Shown here: piece by piece, positions 57,644 through 59,252 of the stretch
Position numbering within the stretch: position 1 is the stretch's first letter
How the letters are laid out: each line of letters starts with the position of its first letter
Virus record (IMG/VR): IMGVR_UViG_3300042975_000012
Strand: one strand, 5' to 3'
DNA: 59,252 bases
Source of the DNA: a virus
Notes under the pieces: generated by a model
What the model was told of the DNA's origin: nothing
What the model saw: only the letters and a program-made list of their open reading frames with translations
Database searches by the model: none
Position numbers and translations under genes: made by a program

Positions 57644-58013
57644 GTTCAGCCTCCGAATCATCTGAAGTAGTGGTGTTTCGAAGTGAACCCTCAGTTAGTA
57701 AGCGCCACTCATACTCTTTAATTTGGTCTTGAAGAGCATTGACTACAAAAGAATTCTGTGGTGGGTCAAATATAAGTCGAACATTCATATAAATGTATGT
57801 TTTAATAGCTTCATAGTCAACCATCTCTGTTGAGAAATCAGACCATTGAGTTTTATCATCTGTAATAGAGAATGCTTTCTCTGGTCCAACACCAAGCTGT
57901 CGAAGTTTAAAGAAGACACTATTGATATGAAGAATGATGTCTTGATCAAATACATCATACTCTGCTGGAAGACCCAGCAATTTTTTAATATCTGTTAAAA
58001 TGCTGTTGTCCAT
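57636..58013 (-). CDS. Head-tail connector / gp6-like DNA packaging protein
   Basis: N-terminal ILTDIKKLLGLPAEYDVFDQDIILHINSVF pattern is typical of gp6-like connectors. Confidence 0.4.
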   Translation of the reverse strand: MDNSILTDIKKLLGLPAEYDVFDQDIILHINSVFFKLRQLGVGPEKAFSITDDKTQWSDFSTEMVDYEAIKTYIYMNVRLIFDPPQNSFVVNALQDQIKEYEWRLLTEGSLRNTTTSDDSEAEHV

Positions 58014-58021
58014 AATAATCC

Positions 58022-58450
58022 TTATGCCCAGATACTAGTGTCTCCAGGATGACGTTCTAAGGTTGGTTGTTGTATGAGTTTCTCATTACCATAGTGAATT
58101 GCTTCATGTGTAATATGACTTACACAAATTAAGAATTCAGGATTAAGAATTGAGGGATCTCTATTAAGAATTTGCTCTTGTGTAATTGGATTCATATGAT
58201 GAATAAAAATCTTATGATAAAGCTCGTGTCCCTCAATCCCTAAATCACAGCCATCATCTCGAAGAATAACCTGTTGACGAACTTGTCGCCATTCAGGAGA
58301 GGTGTAAAAAGATTGATTCAGATATCGACTTCCACCGAAGGTTTCTGAAGCTACTCGACCATTGAGTTGCAAATATTGAAAACGTTCTAAAAAGGTAGAT
58401 AACTTAGAAAGCTCAGTATAGGTCTTCGTTTGGGTTATAGCATTCAACAT
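58022..58450 (-). CDS. HNH endonuclease (packaging-associated)
   Basis: WRQVRQQVILRDDGCDLG...IHHMNPIT...NPEFLICVSHITHEAIH. Adjacent to the terminase genes. Confidence 0.7.
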   Translation of the reverse strand: MLNAITQTKTYTELSKLSTFLERFQYLQLNGRVASETFGGSRYLNQSFYTSPEWRQVRQQVILRDDGCDLGIEGHELYHKIFIHHMNPITQEQILNRDPSILNPEFLICVSHITHEAIHYGNEKLIQQPTLERHPGDTSIWA

Positions 58451-58784
58451 CGCCCTCCACAGCAGATTGAGTTGGTGAATAATCCATTAATGCTTGTTTT
58501 ACATCAGCTACAAGTTTTCCAATATTCTCTTCTTGACCCATGGCAGAAACTTTTGCCGATGCAAGTTCAGATTCTTTCTTAATTCGTTCTGATTCAAGTT
58601 TTGCTCGTTCAGTTCCAAGTTTAAGAAAATGAGAGATAACTAATGGCGAAGCAGTTCCTTCACGCATTTGCTTTTCTGCTACATCCATTGCGAGCGCAGT
58701 CAATTGCTCTTCTCGAGCTTCACTGCTTTTTACAGGTGGAAATCGAGTATCTATCGGTGTATCGAATTTTGCTTTCTTGGGCAA
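58413..58784 (-). CDS. Putative terminase small subunit / packaging accessory protein (TTG start)
   Basis: First gene of the packaging block. MREGTASPLVISHFLKLG..ERAKLE pattern recalled from TerS-like proteins. RBS AAGGAGTAATC. Confidence 0.35.
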   Translation of the reverse strand: MPKKAKFDTPIDTRFPPVKSSEAREEQLTALAMDVAEKQMREGTASPLVISHFLKLGTERAKLESERIKKESELASAKVSAMGQEENIGKLVADVKQALMDYSPTQSAVEGDVECYNPNEDLY

Positions 58785-58804
58785 GATTACTCCTTGACAA
58801 ATCT

Positions 58805-58929
58805 AAACCATCCAGTGCATACAAGAGTGTACAACAATATCAAAGAAGCAAATACCTGAAAGGAACGGAAAGAGTATTTGCTAATGGGGAGTGATAATGT
58901 TGCACACTCGTGTATGCACTGGATGGTTT
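58805..58929 (-). repeat. Long imperfect inverted repeat (31-nt arms, 29/31 paired) enclosing a second 8-bp hairpin, just upstream of the terS-like gene
   Basis: Arms at 58805..58835 and 58899..58929. Inner gcaaatac/gtatttgc at 58848..58855 and 58874..58881. Confidence 0.85.
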
Positions 58930-58935
58930 ATGGTT

Positions 58936-59193
58936 TTACAAAGAAATATCTTCTAACTTTGCACGAAGTTCAAGAACTTCCAAATATTCTTTCATAGACT
59001 TAAGTTGTTTCTCAAGAGCAGCAGTTCCAGACTTCAACTCGAAATCTAATTTCCCTTCTTTGCTTTTCTTAAGCGTCTCTTCAAGAGCCTGCGAGCGCCG
59101 ACTTAGCTCATAGACCTCACCTTTGAACCGCTCTTTGTAATCAGAACTCAGAATAAGCGGAACAATAGTCTTCCAATCGGTTGGATAAGCCAT
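58936..59193 (-). CDS. Hypothetical coiled-coil protein (85 aa)
   Basis: ORF with RBS AAAGGAATCTATT. Its 5' part lies in the terminal overlap. Confidence 0.55.
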   Translation of the reverse strand: MAYPTDWKTIVPLILSSDYKERFKGEVYELSRRSQALEETLKKSKEGKLDFELKSGTAALEKQLKSMKEYLEVLELRAKLEDISL

Positions 59194-59252
59194 AATAGAT
59201 TCCTTTCAATCTAAAATATAAACTCAAAAATGCCCTCCGGAGGAAAAAATAG
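59042..59252. repeat. Terminal overlap copy 2 (identical to 1..211)
   Basis: See copy 1. Confidence 0.95.

Overview
The window is a complete tailed-phage genome. Positions 1..211 are identical to 59042..59252, so the contig closes on itself or carries a short terminal repeat, and the unique length is 59041 bp. Every credible gene lies on the minus strand. The plus-strand ORFs in the supplied track are antisense shadows.

In transcription order (descending coordinates) the modules are:
- Packaging and head (59.2-50.2 kb): TerS-like, HNH, connector, TerL, portal and a prohead protease-major capsid fusion. Four paralogs sharing an MTESEYLEHFGVPGMKWG N-terminus are interleaved, one of them fused to a GNAT domain.
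- Siphovirus-type tail (50.1-33.8 kb): major tail protein, a chaperone pair in 0/-1 frames, a 2460-aa tape measure with two internal repeat arrays, Dit, Tal and fibres.
- Lysis (33.4-31.4 kb): amidase with ChW repeats, holin.
- A block of unknowns (31.4-23.5 kb).
- Replication (23.5-16.8 kb): a 1303-aa helicase/primase/PolB fusion, an SSB-like protein, dCTP deaminase and an SF2 helicase.
- A dense accessory region of small genes (16.8-6.2 kb).
- A 457-bp origin-like non-coding hub, nucleases, and a 978-aa protein with beta- and beta-prime-like double-psi-barrel motifs (GADFDGD). I read this last protein as a YonO-like single-chain RNA polymerase carrying extra HTH modules.

The most unusual signal is non-coding.
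- About 22 copies of a fixed promoter-like motif, TTTTTTACAT-N4-TATAATGAAGAA, occur in the accessory regions.
- Many of them are fused to long hairpins whose stems covary.
- In eight cases the hairpin interior carries two copies of an element-specific 10-27 nt repeat at a constant 25-27 nt period.
- These are followed by a T-run and often by a second motif, AAAAAGTCACTATATT.

Other points: a five-member family of membrane-anchored NUMOD1-like proteins; Ig-like (Big_2) fragments in the -1 frame after both capsid and tail-tube genes; a small late ORF interrupted by TGA and TAG; and a GC-richer lysin/fibre island. I found no tRNA, integrase, repressor or CRISPR array. All functional calls rest on motifs read by eye and no database search was possible.
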